A stretch of DNA of 64,000 nt. Origin: Phoronis australis (taxonomy: Eukaryota > Animalia > Phoronida). The notes below the pieces were generated by a model. It did no database searches, was not told where the DNA came from, and saw nothing but the letters and a program-made list of their open reading frames with translations. The first letter of the stretch is position 1. Each line of letters begins with the position of its first letter. Location of the stretch: positions 582,150 through 646,149 of the forward strand of contig NMRA01000073.1 of assembly GCA_002633005.1 (NCBI GenBank). Reading direction: 5' to 3'. A program made the position numbers and the translations under genes. Shown here piece by piece: positions 36,640-49,700 of this stretch.

Positions 36640-39276
36640 AATATCAAAACAATCTTGACATTTTCTGGTCTATACCATTGCGTTCGCATGTGTTTTGTTC
36701 ATACTTTAAATTCTCTTTGCTTATTTCTAAAGCCGTTAAGACTAAGTTTTAGTGTTTAGTCATAATGTCAGTTTTCTGACCATATCATCTAGAAGGGACA
36801 TTTTTCAAATCAAAATTTATAGTAAAACAGCTATAAACGTATCTTTCATCACAAAAACCAACTTTTGATTTAGACCTCTGGTGAAAATGGTATCAATTTT
36901 TTCCTTTGTCAAAAAGATGGGATATTTGGGCAGATTGATATTGCTATACATGTTGACTTGTCAAGACGGTCCTGCCATCTCATTTCACCAGTTTGCATTC
37001 TTGCAAAACCAAACATTTCTCATTTGAGTAAGGAACCAATTTTATAGCAGTAAGTGGTCAAAATCAAAAGTGTGTTTCCATGACAGCACGGGTTTACAGT
37101 CGTTTTAAATTTTCACTTTGTTCATGTAGAAGCCCAGTGGTATATTTATTTTGTAGTTCAAACCATCGTCAACAAGCGTACTCGACAGACAAGATCATAG
37201 CAAGGTTTTTAAGAGCCACACAGAATGTTTCTTCAATCAGATGGTAGATCAGCTGCTTGAAAAGGTGGCCTATCGGTCATTATTGATGAGTTTAAGCAAT
37301 CATTGCAGTTCTTAGCCAACAAAGAAGCATCATTCTCTATTGCAAATGGAAAATGACTGCCAGTGTTTTCAGAGGTTGACAAAACAAAGACCTACCATTA
37401 AATGCATTTCGGGCTTTACATAATGTTACCACATGCAATGCAAAATATCTTTATTGAGAAATCCTATTTTAACATGTTGTCAACGTCAGCAAAAGGTTTT
37501 TGTGGTGCGACTGGCAAATCCGGTTTCTTCAATGTCATTCACATCTCCAGGCTTGAGTAACATAAAGAGGCTCAGCAGGATACGATTTAAGTGTAAATCT
37601 CGCGTTTTTCTCTTTCGCGGGTGACAAAAATATCCATTATTTCTAAATGGACAAACCATGTTTCAGTTCGTTACCTCAGTGCTTATCATGACTTAACCTT
37701 TTTTCAAAAAATAGAGGACGCCAAATTTAGACTACAGTGAAAGAGCAAATTTCGGACATCATAAAAACTCGGCCCTTCCAGTAATGGTTATGTTTTTATG
37801 GCATCGTTTTTAAGTCTAAAAATGGCTGACAAAATTTTACCTTCTACTTTCTCAGAGTAAGAGGGCAGATCTTCCAGTGACTAAAAGATGACAAATGTGA
37901 CGCTTTAAGAGTTCACACTGTATTTTCCAGACTGGACCAGGTGGCGTATATACCGTCTAATCACACAGAAATGTTGTTTTAGAGTGACATTTCATGGTTG
38001 ACGATTTCATCGCAAATCTCCAGAAAGTAAAGAACATATTTACCGCAGCAATTTTTTAGTTCCATGTTGTGCCACCTGCGGTCTTCATCAACCATTAGTA
38101 CTCAGAACGTATTTAGAGACAAGAATGAAATTTACTAAGTTATTGGTACAAAATATTTCACTCAACTACCGAGTGATAAAATGATTAATGTAATAAGTTA
38201 CAGTAATGGGCATGAATTTTAGATGATGTAAAGGAGACGATTGTATTAAAAGTCGACAGTACGTCTTTGTCCACTATACTCGTTCAATATTCTGTCAAAG
38301 AAATAATTTGAAAATCTGCTGTCGATTCTTGGTGAGAAGGATCAATTAAAGTTGCATTTTGTCCAGTTACGCTGGCTGAAAAGCAAAAGCTGAATTGAGC
38401 TTTCTACTTTTTGTAACACCATATGATTCCACTTCCAACTCAAATTAAATCAAAGGCAATGCGTGCATGGGTCATTTTTGATTACTCAGTTTCAGGCTTG
38501 GCAAACCCCAATAAACTTGGCTCACTCATGGTATTCCAAATAAAATTCTTCCCGGGTAAAGATTATTATCACATCGATTATATGAGAGCAAAAGGAATAA
38601 ATTCGATTTACGTTTTTTAGCCAGATAAAAGGCGAAATGCAGCTATAAATTTGCTCGCTTTCAAAATTTTTGCGATGACGAAATCTGTTTTTCAGGCTAC
38701 AGAACATTTTTACAGAGGTTAGTGCTGCCAAGCATATTTAAATACAGGTTGATACAACACTGGTCAAATACAAATAGCTGGCCTCATTAATCAGAAAACA
38801 AACAATAAAATTTGGTACTACTTGTTTTAAAGTCAAGTAAAATAACCCTCCAGGTGGAGCAATGGCTTTCATCAAAACACTTGTACCTCTCACAAAGCAA
38901 AGAGTCAAGATCATTTTCTTCCCCAATTCTCAGCTCTGACCAGATAAGACAGGGCTTGGAATGACCAGTGACAAAAAAAATTTCCAGGTGATATAACATT
39001 ACACAAATAAATAAGCCTGTGTGACAAATACTTATTGTGTTGTAAAATTTAACTGAAATAAACATTTTGCTTGAATAAAGTTAAAATAATAATAAGAGAA
39101 AATTGGAAATCAAATAAGAGGGTATCGAAACCAGAAATAAGGAAATCCTCTTAAAAGAGGAAAATTCCAAGCCCTGACAAGATTCAAAAGTACCCAGTCT
39201 CAATCTCTCGCAACCTTGAGGGTTCTCACTCTATTCTTTTTTCACGAACACAGTTCTTATCCCATGCACCGCAACC

Positions 39277-40056
39277 ATGGGTCTCATTGGCGAACACATG
39301 ATCGCGCAAGATGCTGCTTGGTTGCCAGTACAAGAACTTGGCGAGGAACCGGATGCTTTCAACAGGGAAGCTCGGGAATGGCCTCCTGGAGTAGCCCAAG
39401 CATTGTGCCTTCAGCAATGGCGTGATCTTGGCGGTATTAATGCCATCATTGATGGATCCTTCGATGGTGAAACTAATCGTGTGGGATGGGGTTATCAAAT
39501 ACGCTGTGCTAACAATGTCATTGCGGAAGGTAGTGGCTGCCACCATGTATACACAAGCAGTACGCGGATGGAATTTGAGGCTATACAACGTGCCCTAACC
39601 AAGCTGTCATTCCTAGACCTGGAGAATCACACCATTATCTTTGCCACCGATTCCATGGCAGTGTTGATGAAAGTTCAATCTGGAGACCTCCCTGCCAACT
39701 GGGGTGTCTTCCGATCACGCCACCCTCATCATGTAGTGATCTGGTCTTTCGTACCTGGCCACGCCGGTGTCTTGATTAATGAGCGGGCAGATTACCTCGC
39801 TGGCTCATGCACCACCAACCAACCTCTCTACTTATATTCGGCTGACGTTAAGCTGCTGGCCCGCAAACGCAACCTCGAGCAGACTGCATCCCAACTGGCT
39901 GAGTTCAATGATGGCAGCCGACTGCTCGAAGCCGGTATTATTTATGGCCATGCTGCGAAGAGTCACAAGAAGAGCCGTGCCCGAGTGCTGTCAAATCAAA
40001 TGCTTACAGGTAACGTCAGCCCTGGAGTTCTGCGCCTTCTGCTGTCACGGGGATAG
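39277..40056 (+). CDS. Stand-alone RNase H1-like ORF (259 aa), probably derived from a non-LTR retrotransposon
   Basis: AIIDGSF...GWGY, SSTRMEFEAI, IFATDSMAVL, FVPGHAGVLINERADYLA: the D-E-D-H-D catalytic set is intact; single exon with no stops. Confidence 0.8.
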   Translation: MGLIGEHMIAQDAAWLPVQELGEEPDAFNREAREWPPGVAQALCLQQWRDLGGINAIIDGSFDGETNRVGWGYQIRCANNVIAEGSGCHHVYTSSTRMEFEAIQRALTKLSFLDLENHTIIFATDSMAVLMKVQSGDLPANWGVFRSRHPHHVVIWSFVPGHAGVLINERADYLAGSCTTNQPLYLYSADVKLLARKRNLEQTASQLAEFNDGSRLLEAGIIYGHAAKSHKKSRARVLSNQMLTGNVSPGVLRLLLSRG

Positions 40057-40746
40057 TCTGGGGAGGGGAATAATGCACCAGCATATCCCCAATGATCCTG
40101 TCCGTGAAAGGTATTGCACCGCAATTATTTTCATACAAACATTCCTTGGTCACACAGCCCATGTTTTTTTCCTTATAAAAGTTTTCTTTTGTCACAAACA
40201 GTAGATAGCTGTTAAAGAGAACATTCTTTTTTTTAGGGGGAAATAACATTTTTTAGGGGGAGATAACGTTTTTAGAGAAAGAACAATTATCGATACTGCT
40301 TTTACATGAACTTTCATTCTGTGAAATAAAACAAATCAATGTTACAATACGTATTGACAGTCTATCAAGTGTTGTCTATGAAAACTGCCACGGGTACTGC
40401 TTTTTGAACAAATACCATGATGATAAAACTTGCCTAAGTCGCACATCTATACAACGGATTTTTGCTTAACTAAAATCTGTGGTACGATTGTTCATGCACT
40501 TGGCCCTTCAGATGAGTCAGACTTCGCCTAACTTGGATAAAACCTTGGTCCAGTTGAAAACGACTTAAGACACATTACACTGTAATATATAACAAAGTTG
40601 GCAGGTATCTACTACCATATGGAACTGACTAGCCTTAAGATGAATTATAAAATTGTTGCCAAATTACAAAGAATAATTATGTCAACCACAACAATGCACA
40701 GAAGAAATAATGTTTAACAAGACTAGTGTGCTTACCAAAAAGTCTA

Positions 40747-43700
40747 TTACGTTGTAGCAAATAAATGCACACTTTTAATCACACTGTTAAGACTATCCCT
40801 GTGCCAATAGATGGCGACACATAGACTGCCTAGGCCCAAACATGTTAATCCCAGCCAACGCCGGGAAGCCTTCTTGTATGGCCGTATTAAATCTGGCGGC
40901 TTGTACTCTTCAATGCCCCGCATCTAAAATAAAAGAAATTTCGAAAAATGCACAAGTTTGCATGACAAAAAACTATTTCCAACATGCACTTTTACCCTAG
41001 AGTTGCACATTCAATGAAAACCTCTAAAACGTATGATTTGGAAATTTAATGCTTTCTAGACCAACAATACCAGCATACCATTCTACAAGCAAATGTTATC
41101 AACAAGCTTGCTCATAACAGTGGCAGGAAAAATGCTTGACTCATGTCAGCCACCACATTTCATGGGTACCTTGCGAGCAGGATATTCTCCACCACATTTG
41201 TCTACTACAGAAGTAACTCATTTTTCTTATCTTGCCTTACCTCGGCCAACTGTTGCTGTAACGTGGTCACCTCCCTGTACACCTTGCCTATGTTGTCCAG
41301 AGTCTTTTCACCATGACTGTAAAGTGTGTCTACAGCAGAGCCATCCTACATAAGAGTGGGTCTAATGACTAACTTAGTTGGTCTTCACTAAATGAAGGAC
41401 GAAAATTTAATGCTGCTTACAGCACAATCATATATACCCGTGTTTTAGCGCAGAAACCTTAACGTTTTCAAGAAGTTGAGTTATGCATTTCAAGATTTCA
41501 ACACAATATACAGATTCTGCAGCATAACACAAAATGTTCATGATAGACTGTCAGAGGTAATAGAGGAACTATAAACTTGACACGCTTTTATCAGCGATTT
41601 CAATAGTTTATTACCCATTCGGGCTGTAGGGGCAATAACATGGTAATTATGCCATAAGGTGATGTGTATAGGCATGAAATCGCATGTTACCGGCCAAACA
41701 AGGGTTTGTGGTTTTCTCTGGAATTTCCACTGACCAAAATGAGGCGAGGTTTTTCGGGTTGGTCTATCACGACCAAAACGTGATATGGGTAATCGCTCTA
41801 CAGCATATCACTTAACCTGTGTGAAATCGGCAATTTTTATTTAATTATCACAATGAGCGACTCTCTTGCCAACATCTTTTGCAAGAATTACACCTAGACG
41901 GACAAACTTTGGATATTAAAGCAACAATAACCTATATGTTCTATGGTCAAAAACAACTTTCTTCACAGTAGTCTTTGATCTTGAAATGCTATAGCATTCT
42001 TATATCTAGGTAGAATAGAAACTGATTACATTAAAACGCCTGCAATTAAAACTAACAACCAAATTGGTTCGGCAACTGAAACAACCTGGCATGATACGTT
42101 GCTCAATAAAACTGTTTGAAGCAATGACAAACTGCCAGTTTTTCTCAAGTCAAAAGATGATTTCTAATCTGAGCAAGGAAGGAGATGAGACTGATTTTAA
42201 GACAGTAGTTGCCAAATTGAAAGTTGTTTATTTGGATTTAAGGTGCAGATATATCAAACCTTTAGTACAACTAGATAATTAATCAGAATCTTCATTAGTT
42301 TGGAAAATGCATGATGACTGTACTGTCCAACAATTAAACTCACTAACAGTACTAAATCATCATAAGGCACTGCGATGCCTAGGCAACTGAAGCGTGTAGA
42401 ACACAGCTAAAGATTCTTTGTCTAACGATTGTAACTCACTGTGTGAAAAAACAAAATCAACAAACTAAGACAAAGTCCCTAAAACTACCTACTGACATAA
42501 ACAGTCTACCAATCTGATGCAAATTCCATTTGCGATATCACACAGCAGGGGCGGATCCAGGATTTTGAATTATGGGGGGCCAGGGCACAGGAATAACCAG
42601 AATTTCGCCACACGCACGCACCCAGGGATGTAGGAGGACTTGAACTTTTGGGTTTGTGGACCTTATTACTAAAAAAACGGGTAAACCGCATTTGTTTAAG
42701 GCTATATGCATTGCGCATTCGCACCCTGAGCCCCCCTAGGTGCACACATATGCCAGTCAGCAATTTGCACCCCGAACTGCCAAATGGAATCAAGAGAGAA
42801 TTTTAGGGGAGGCCATGGCCCCCTTGACGCCTCTCCCCATCCTAAACCTGCCACTGCGCACACCAATTTGCCATCTTCACCCACTAAAAATAATCATACT
42901 CAGACCAACTTCCCTCTCACATGACAATGTTAATAAACATCTTTGTTTATATCTATTGTAACACAACATTGCGACACTGGTAATCTTAAACTCACATTAT
43001 CTGTCTTCAGAATATGTGGATTCGTCTTCAGTTGACCTCTGACATAGGCGACTGTACTGCCGAGGTAACCTATGTGCTTGGAGATGTTAGCTAACATTGC
43101 TATTGCTTCTGGACAGCTGGAAGAAATACACGAACTTTTAAAACAAGATGGCTAGCCACCTAAAAATAATTATCTAAAAAATTTGTTAGGCTTTAATTCA
43201 TGAAAATATTTAATGAACAGTCACAAATCATGCTAGTCAGCAAAAACATTGAAAGACGCTGTTATTGAAAATGTTGCACTGATTGGCAGCATGATAATGT
43301 TTGCTAGAACTGATGATATATTTCTGCCAATTACCTGCTATGACCTACATCCTCTCTACTTTTCCATGGGCGGCGCAGCACTGAAAAAGCTTGGAGGGGG
43401 CTAAAGCCCCCTAGCCCCCTGTGGTGCACCGCCTATAGCCCATGGCCGGCGTAGCACTGAAAAAAGTGGGGCTATAGCCCCCCCAGCTCCCTATGGTGCG
43501 AAGCCCATGTTTTCATCTCTAAGACATATGTCAAACATAAATACATGTTGAGACTATCCTTGATCTTATTTTGTGACTAGATTGCCGAACTCTACTATAC
43601 AAAATCATGAATATTATGACTATAATCAGCTGCGTCACGTTCGTAAATTGTAACTATGATCATTGTTCTGCGTTGTAAAAAAATGTTACTACATGTAAGC

Positions 43701-46700
43701 ATGATAGGCTCCATCATATAATGTATATCATGACTACACTGTAACTAAGATCAATACGTATATTGTGACTATGATTACCTCTATACATGAAAATTGTGTC
43801 AAACCATTTTGTAATACACATTCAGTGCTTTGCTTATTTCATTTCTTATTTCATTTCTCGTTTCAATCTTGCTGAAACTGAACGTGTAAGCCTATCTTCA
43901 CCTCATCTGCTTGCCGTACTGTACTGTGGTTAGACTACTTTTCTCCCAGTCCTTCTTATGCACCTTTGCCAGCCCATCAAGGATCTTCTTACGGTAACCC
44001 AGCTGACTAATTCCCAACTGAAGGCAAAATCAAAGCAATAATTTCAGAGTTCCATGTCAACAATTCTGTGTAAGAAACGAACTAGTTGTGATTGGCTTTG
44101 AAAATAGGATGGCTTTAAATTGAGAATTCCCACATTTGAGCAAACATATGACGACCAGAGGCAGTAGTTTTGACCATAGCTAAATGGAATGTTTGCTGTT
44201 TTGGATATATACTACTGAATTAAAAAACATTACAGCACCATCTTTAAAAACAACTGGTTTACAAGACAAGTTAGTATCAACAGTTTCTCCAACCTTAACA
44301 AAATTCCTTTCTCCCCAATCTCCACCCATTCCACCAATTTCTTTCTCCAATTTTCCCCATCATTTCCACCCCCTCTCCCTTTCACACGCCCCTCTTCCCA
44401 TCCCATCAATTTTCTCCCTAACCTGTTGCAGGTCATGGTCTGTCATCTTCAGTAAGTCTTCCATAGTGACCTGGTGCTGCTGGAACACTGGTATGAGTGA
44501 CCTCAGCTGGAGCCCAGATAGCAGTAATTCTAGGTCCCCGAACTTCACATAGGATCTGTTGAACAGACAGTAAGGAATTTAGAAATGAGCTTCGCAAATG
44601 AAAAATCATGGAGCCACGGTAGAGGTGAAATCACACTGTTTGTTATTGCAGAATGTTTTAATACACTTTGAAAGAATACTAGTACCATGCTATTGAACAC
44701 GGCTGCGTTTAAGGTATCATTTGAGATAGTACAATCTTCAACTACTAACAGAAGTATACAAAAGTGCGTCTTTTATGAATGTTAAAAGTAAACAAGCAAA
44801 GTCCAAATAGTACTTTTAAATAACTTTAGTATGATGTTATTAGTGAACTCTTTAAATTTTGAATGACATGTTACTATAACTAATAGTTTCTAGTTTTTCA
44901 TCGTGATTTTGGCTGTGTACCTGATCAAAACAAACTTACTGTGTCCCAGCAGACACTACAGGTTGGTTGGGTTCCCCAGTTGCCATGGCAATTTCGCTGT
45001 TGTTTGTCAGTATGAGTGTGCTAGTTGTTGGAGCAGTCTGGCCCGACAACAGAGCTGCCACCTGTGGGAAACAGAGTCAAACCTCAAAGCTGGCCAGACG
45101 TCAAGAAAGGGTTTAAAGTAAAAATAATTCAGTTTGGGATGAAGGACTAGTGGAATTATATTTCATTAAATTTTAAAAAGAACATCTTTTGTACAAAAAC
45201 TTCAGATTCTTGTTGTCGTGATTTGTGCAATATAGATGGTACCAATAAACATTTGGTAAAAATCTGGAAATTTGTTGCTATGTAATAAACCTTTGAAAAA
45301 TAGAGAATGTTAGCTATTTTTGTCCTAAATTGAAGAAGAATCTACGAAAATGAAAGAACCATGCTAGAAAACAATCTTATGTTAAAAGAGAAATGAGCCC
45401 AAAGTTCAATATTCAAAAATACAATTCCATGTTGGATAACATTCTTCTAGCTTACAGTGCAGTGGTTAATCAGACTGCAAGATAATTCAAAGCCTGAAAC
45501 CAGGTACTAAGAAGGTGACTCCTCTACAGGCTTTGCCAAGTTTGACCAAATGTACCAGTAAGTATAAGGAAACAGCATTATAACATCCCTGGTTGATTAC
45601 ATTAGCTCACTCAAAATGTTCCATTCCAAAAGTCCCAAGTCGATTGCACTGCACACTTAGGGCTGTTCCAGTAAAATCCGTGTGGGAGGGGGGGACGGCA
45701 GTAGAAATAAAAATTCATGGGTGGTGGTCTTCAGAAAAAAACTCAAATTATGGGTGGTCGGTCCTGTAAGAAGTGATGCATTAACAATGGGTGGTATTTT
45801 TGACCTGTTAATGTTGACAGGTTGGTTACTTCATCCATCCAAACTCAGAAAGATACAATTGGCATATATCCTAACTTATCCCAATACAAAAAAGCCCATA
45901 TTGCCAGTGAACAGGGTGCAATATGTTCACTAAGCCATTAATCAAGTAATGGGCAACTTGATATGAGCCAACTGTTTGTCTGCAGTCCTATTGAATTGAA
46001 AAGGTATGCAACACTAAACTGGTGTTAACACATATAAGAAAATTGATGATTTTTAAATAAAAAGTATGAGGAGTAAGATAAACAAGTTCCAATATTCATT
46101 TGACATAGAAGTATAATAGAGTTCGTGGAGACAGTTTGAGATTCATAGATCCTTATAATTGAAATAATGTTCATTGAAATTATAGACACATGGTAAACAG
46201 AGACACCTGGTGGCTGCCAAAAGTATTGCTCACAGACTACTTTAGTTTTTGACAATATTGGACAAGACAACTAGTTCTTGTCTGTCAATCATCTAAGTTC
46301 TTAACAGGTCCTCTTGGAGGCAATTTGTTTGCTAGTGTTGGATTTTATATTTTAACCTATTAAAAATAATTAAAAAATTATGGGTCATGGGTTGGAGAAA
46401 TAAATGAAAAGTATGGGCGGTGGGTACGAAATAAAAGTGCCTTCCCCCCCCTCCCATACAGATTTTGCTGGAACAGCCCTTATTGATTCGGTTGCAGCAA
46501 GCACCAACTAACAAGGAATGTTTTTCGCAAATCCCAGGGAAGGCTGGTCGTAATGCAGTTCGACCGTACTAAATTGTCAGTCATGAAACTGTGAACAGTT
46601 CATTCTAGTTTCAACTCTATCCATTGCGAGACTTGCAATTATTCCACATCACAATTGACATTAATTCATCTACTCCACTGTCAGTCACACCTTACTATCA

Positions 46701-49700
46701 TGTGGCGCCATGTCAACTGCCTTCTGCCCATCCACACACATCTTGTCGACGTCTGCTCCAGCGTCTAACAACACCTGTATGGTCTGCAGATTGTTCTTAC
46801 TTGCTGCCCAGACCAATGCCTGAAATTGAAATTGAATCTTAAAGCCACAAACAGCCCTATAGTACAGCTTTCCTATTGACGAGTTACAGGTACATGTCCA
46901 AAACAATCAGACAATAAAACTAAATGCATTTCCCCGTAATCCATCATGATTGGGAAAGGTGAAGAATTGAACGGAGAATTAGCATCTGGTGTAAACAATA
47001 TTCTATAATTAGGATTTGGTCACAATGAGTCATAGCCAGTCATTTCCACTACACCACCTTAACCAGTCATTTCCACTATATCACCATAGCCAGTCATTTC
47101 CACTATATCACCATAGCCAGTCATTTCCACTATATCATCATAGCCAGTCATTTCCACTATATCATCATAGCCAGTCATTTCCACTATATCACCATAGCCA
47201 GTCATTTCCACTACACCACCTTAACCAGTCATTTCCACTATATCACCATAGCCAGTCATTTCCACTATATCATCATAGCCAGTCATTTCCACTATATAAT
47301 CATAGCCAGTCATTTCCACTATATAATCATTGCCAGTCATTTCCACTATAACGTCATAGCCAGACATTTCCATTATATCATTTAATAATTAAAGCAAAAT
47401 TAGGTGTCATGATGAAGAAACATATTTTTGTCGGACTACTTGCATCATTGATTATATCTACATGATTACACGACAGACTGCCAGTCGTTGAATGACTTTT
47501 GCAATAGTTTGATTTATTCTACTTTGAAGTTAATGATTTTTCTACATTTTGATCATATCGCAGAAAGTGGTTCTAAGTTATGTGTGTCATTTAAGAAAAT
47601 ACGCTACTTGCATTACCAAAGATCAAAATTTTTATACAAGCTTTAAGTGTTAATAGTAGACTCAATGAAATTGTATATTTTTGAAATCCATGATAATCAT
47701 AGAATCTTGGGTGCATGAAACTAACGCCCAAATCTTCGTAATCAAGTAATTGCGCTTTTTCTCAGAAACTATGATTTTCCATGAAAAGCACAGTATTTTC
47801 CACCAACATGATTTCAGCTGCATGAAACATGCAAAATCTATTTATTTACTATATCAGCTGCAAAACTGTATCTGGAGTTTTCTTTTAAGGCCTTTTAGCC
47901 AGAGAGCTTGACTGTCAAAAATCAAGACTTTCCCTTTTTTAAGGAATATTGACGTCTTTTTTAACAGCGGAGTTCATGAGTTAAAGGAAAATATCAGACA
48001 ATTGTGTAGCTTAGAATCAATTTGCAAATTTCGTGTGAAATAATTCATGTTTGTGGAATTACCATAATCTCCGTGAAAAATCAAGCTTTTTCAGGAAAAA
48101 CAAAGTCACATTACTATGATGAGAGTCTGCGATCATCAAGGATTATAATTTAGTTTTATTGGTCTACACTTAATATTGTTTACGAAACTTGACTCTTGGT
48201 AATGAAGCTAGCCTGTTACCTTCAAGTTCAACAGTTGATGTAAGATTCATGTTCCAAGGCGAAACTTGAATTGTTGTAAAAACTCATTAATTCAGGAAAA
48301 AATACGGTTGTGAAGGTCATTTTTCATCAATTAAAGAGAAGTAGCACCTTGATGCTTCACCACATTTTGTCGCATCTTTCACAAAATGTTGAAAAATTTT
48401 AAGGTCAATTTTGGCAGTAATCTTTGTCTGAAATTAGTACAAAGTTGCCATTTTAATTTTGTTAAGAAGCACTCGCGTACCGTCCACCCTCTATTGTCTT
48501 GTTTATCAATATAAGCGCCGGAATCCAGTAACTTTTTGACAACAGAATTCCGCCCCTCTCTAGCTGCATAGATAAGGGGTGACATGTGATATCTGGAAGA
48601 GAAGATGTACTGAAATTAAGAGAAATTTTCTTGACAAGAATTATAAGAGACAGAACAAAATTAGAAGCCATCAAAAGGAATACTTTGACCGTTTCTTATT
48701 TCATCCAGTCTAAATCAAAATTCAATGCTCTTTTGCCATTATTTGACCTATCACAAGCTCCGCCCCCTTGCGAAATGTCGACAAACAAACAACAAGTTTT
48801 ACCGGGCAACGTGTTGTCGGGTAAAATGGTGGCTTGGAAAAGAAGGTGTGTCAACAATGCTGCATTCTGATTGGTCATTTAAGCTGTCACTCAAAGTCCT
48901 GGCGATAGGTCAATAGTGGCATGTGTGGGCTCTTGTTATACCACATTTAATGAGTACATTTTGAAGAAAAATGTAATAACCTTCAAAATACTGGCCTGGA
49001 AATGACTTATAGCGGAAGGGCATACAATGCAGATTTGTAAAAATTAAGCACTTTGTGACAAGTTTTTGCAATTTGGTACAATGTTAGGTATAAGCAAAGG
49101 AAATTCAAAAAACAACGCAAACAAACTGTACTAACCGCCTAGTGGCCACTATGCACAAAATCCAATATGGCCGGTGCCGAAAATGGAAACTGTCATATCT
49201 TGGCTATTATTATCTTCTATTTATCATATTTTATTTCTTATTTTGTTTCATTGGTGTTTTCATGTTATTTTCGTATTCATTGCTGATTATTTAAATATTG
49301 TCTTTCATTTTGTAATTCTGTTAGTTTGTCTTACTGTCTGTATGTTTTTACTGAGGGTCCGCATGGAAAACAGTGTGAACTGATGGGGCTACCCTCATGA
49401 TTGTAAATATTACATTTAAAAAAAAACATATTGTAATATTATGTTTTCAGTATTTTTGAGGATAAGGAGTTCATTTCTGATGGTAGCTTTATGTTTTGAG
49501 GCCATTTAAATCTTTGTACACTACCCCCGAACTGAAAATGTAAAATGCTTGGCCCCGCGCAGCTCCACTCTGACATCTATTGGATATATTATTTTTGTTG
49601 GTTGGAATCAGGCTGTATATAATGTCTGGAGAGATAATTTAGTCATTGATTTTAGTTTTTTCTAATTTATAATTTCATATCTGTCTCTGACAAACTCCAC

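Noticed and set aside
47016-47351. His-rich repetitive ORF (SQSFPLYHH)n
   Set aside because: A 27-bp minisatellite inside an ASZ1 intron; no splice or gene context.
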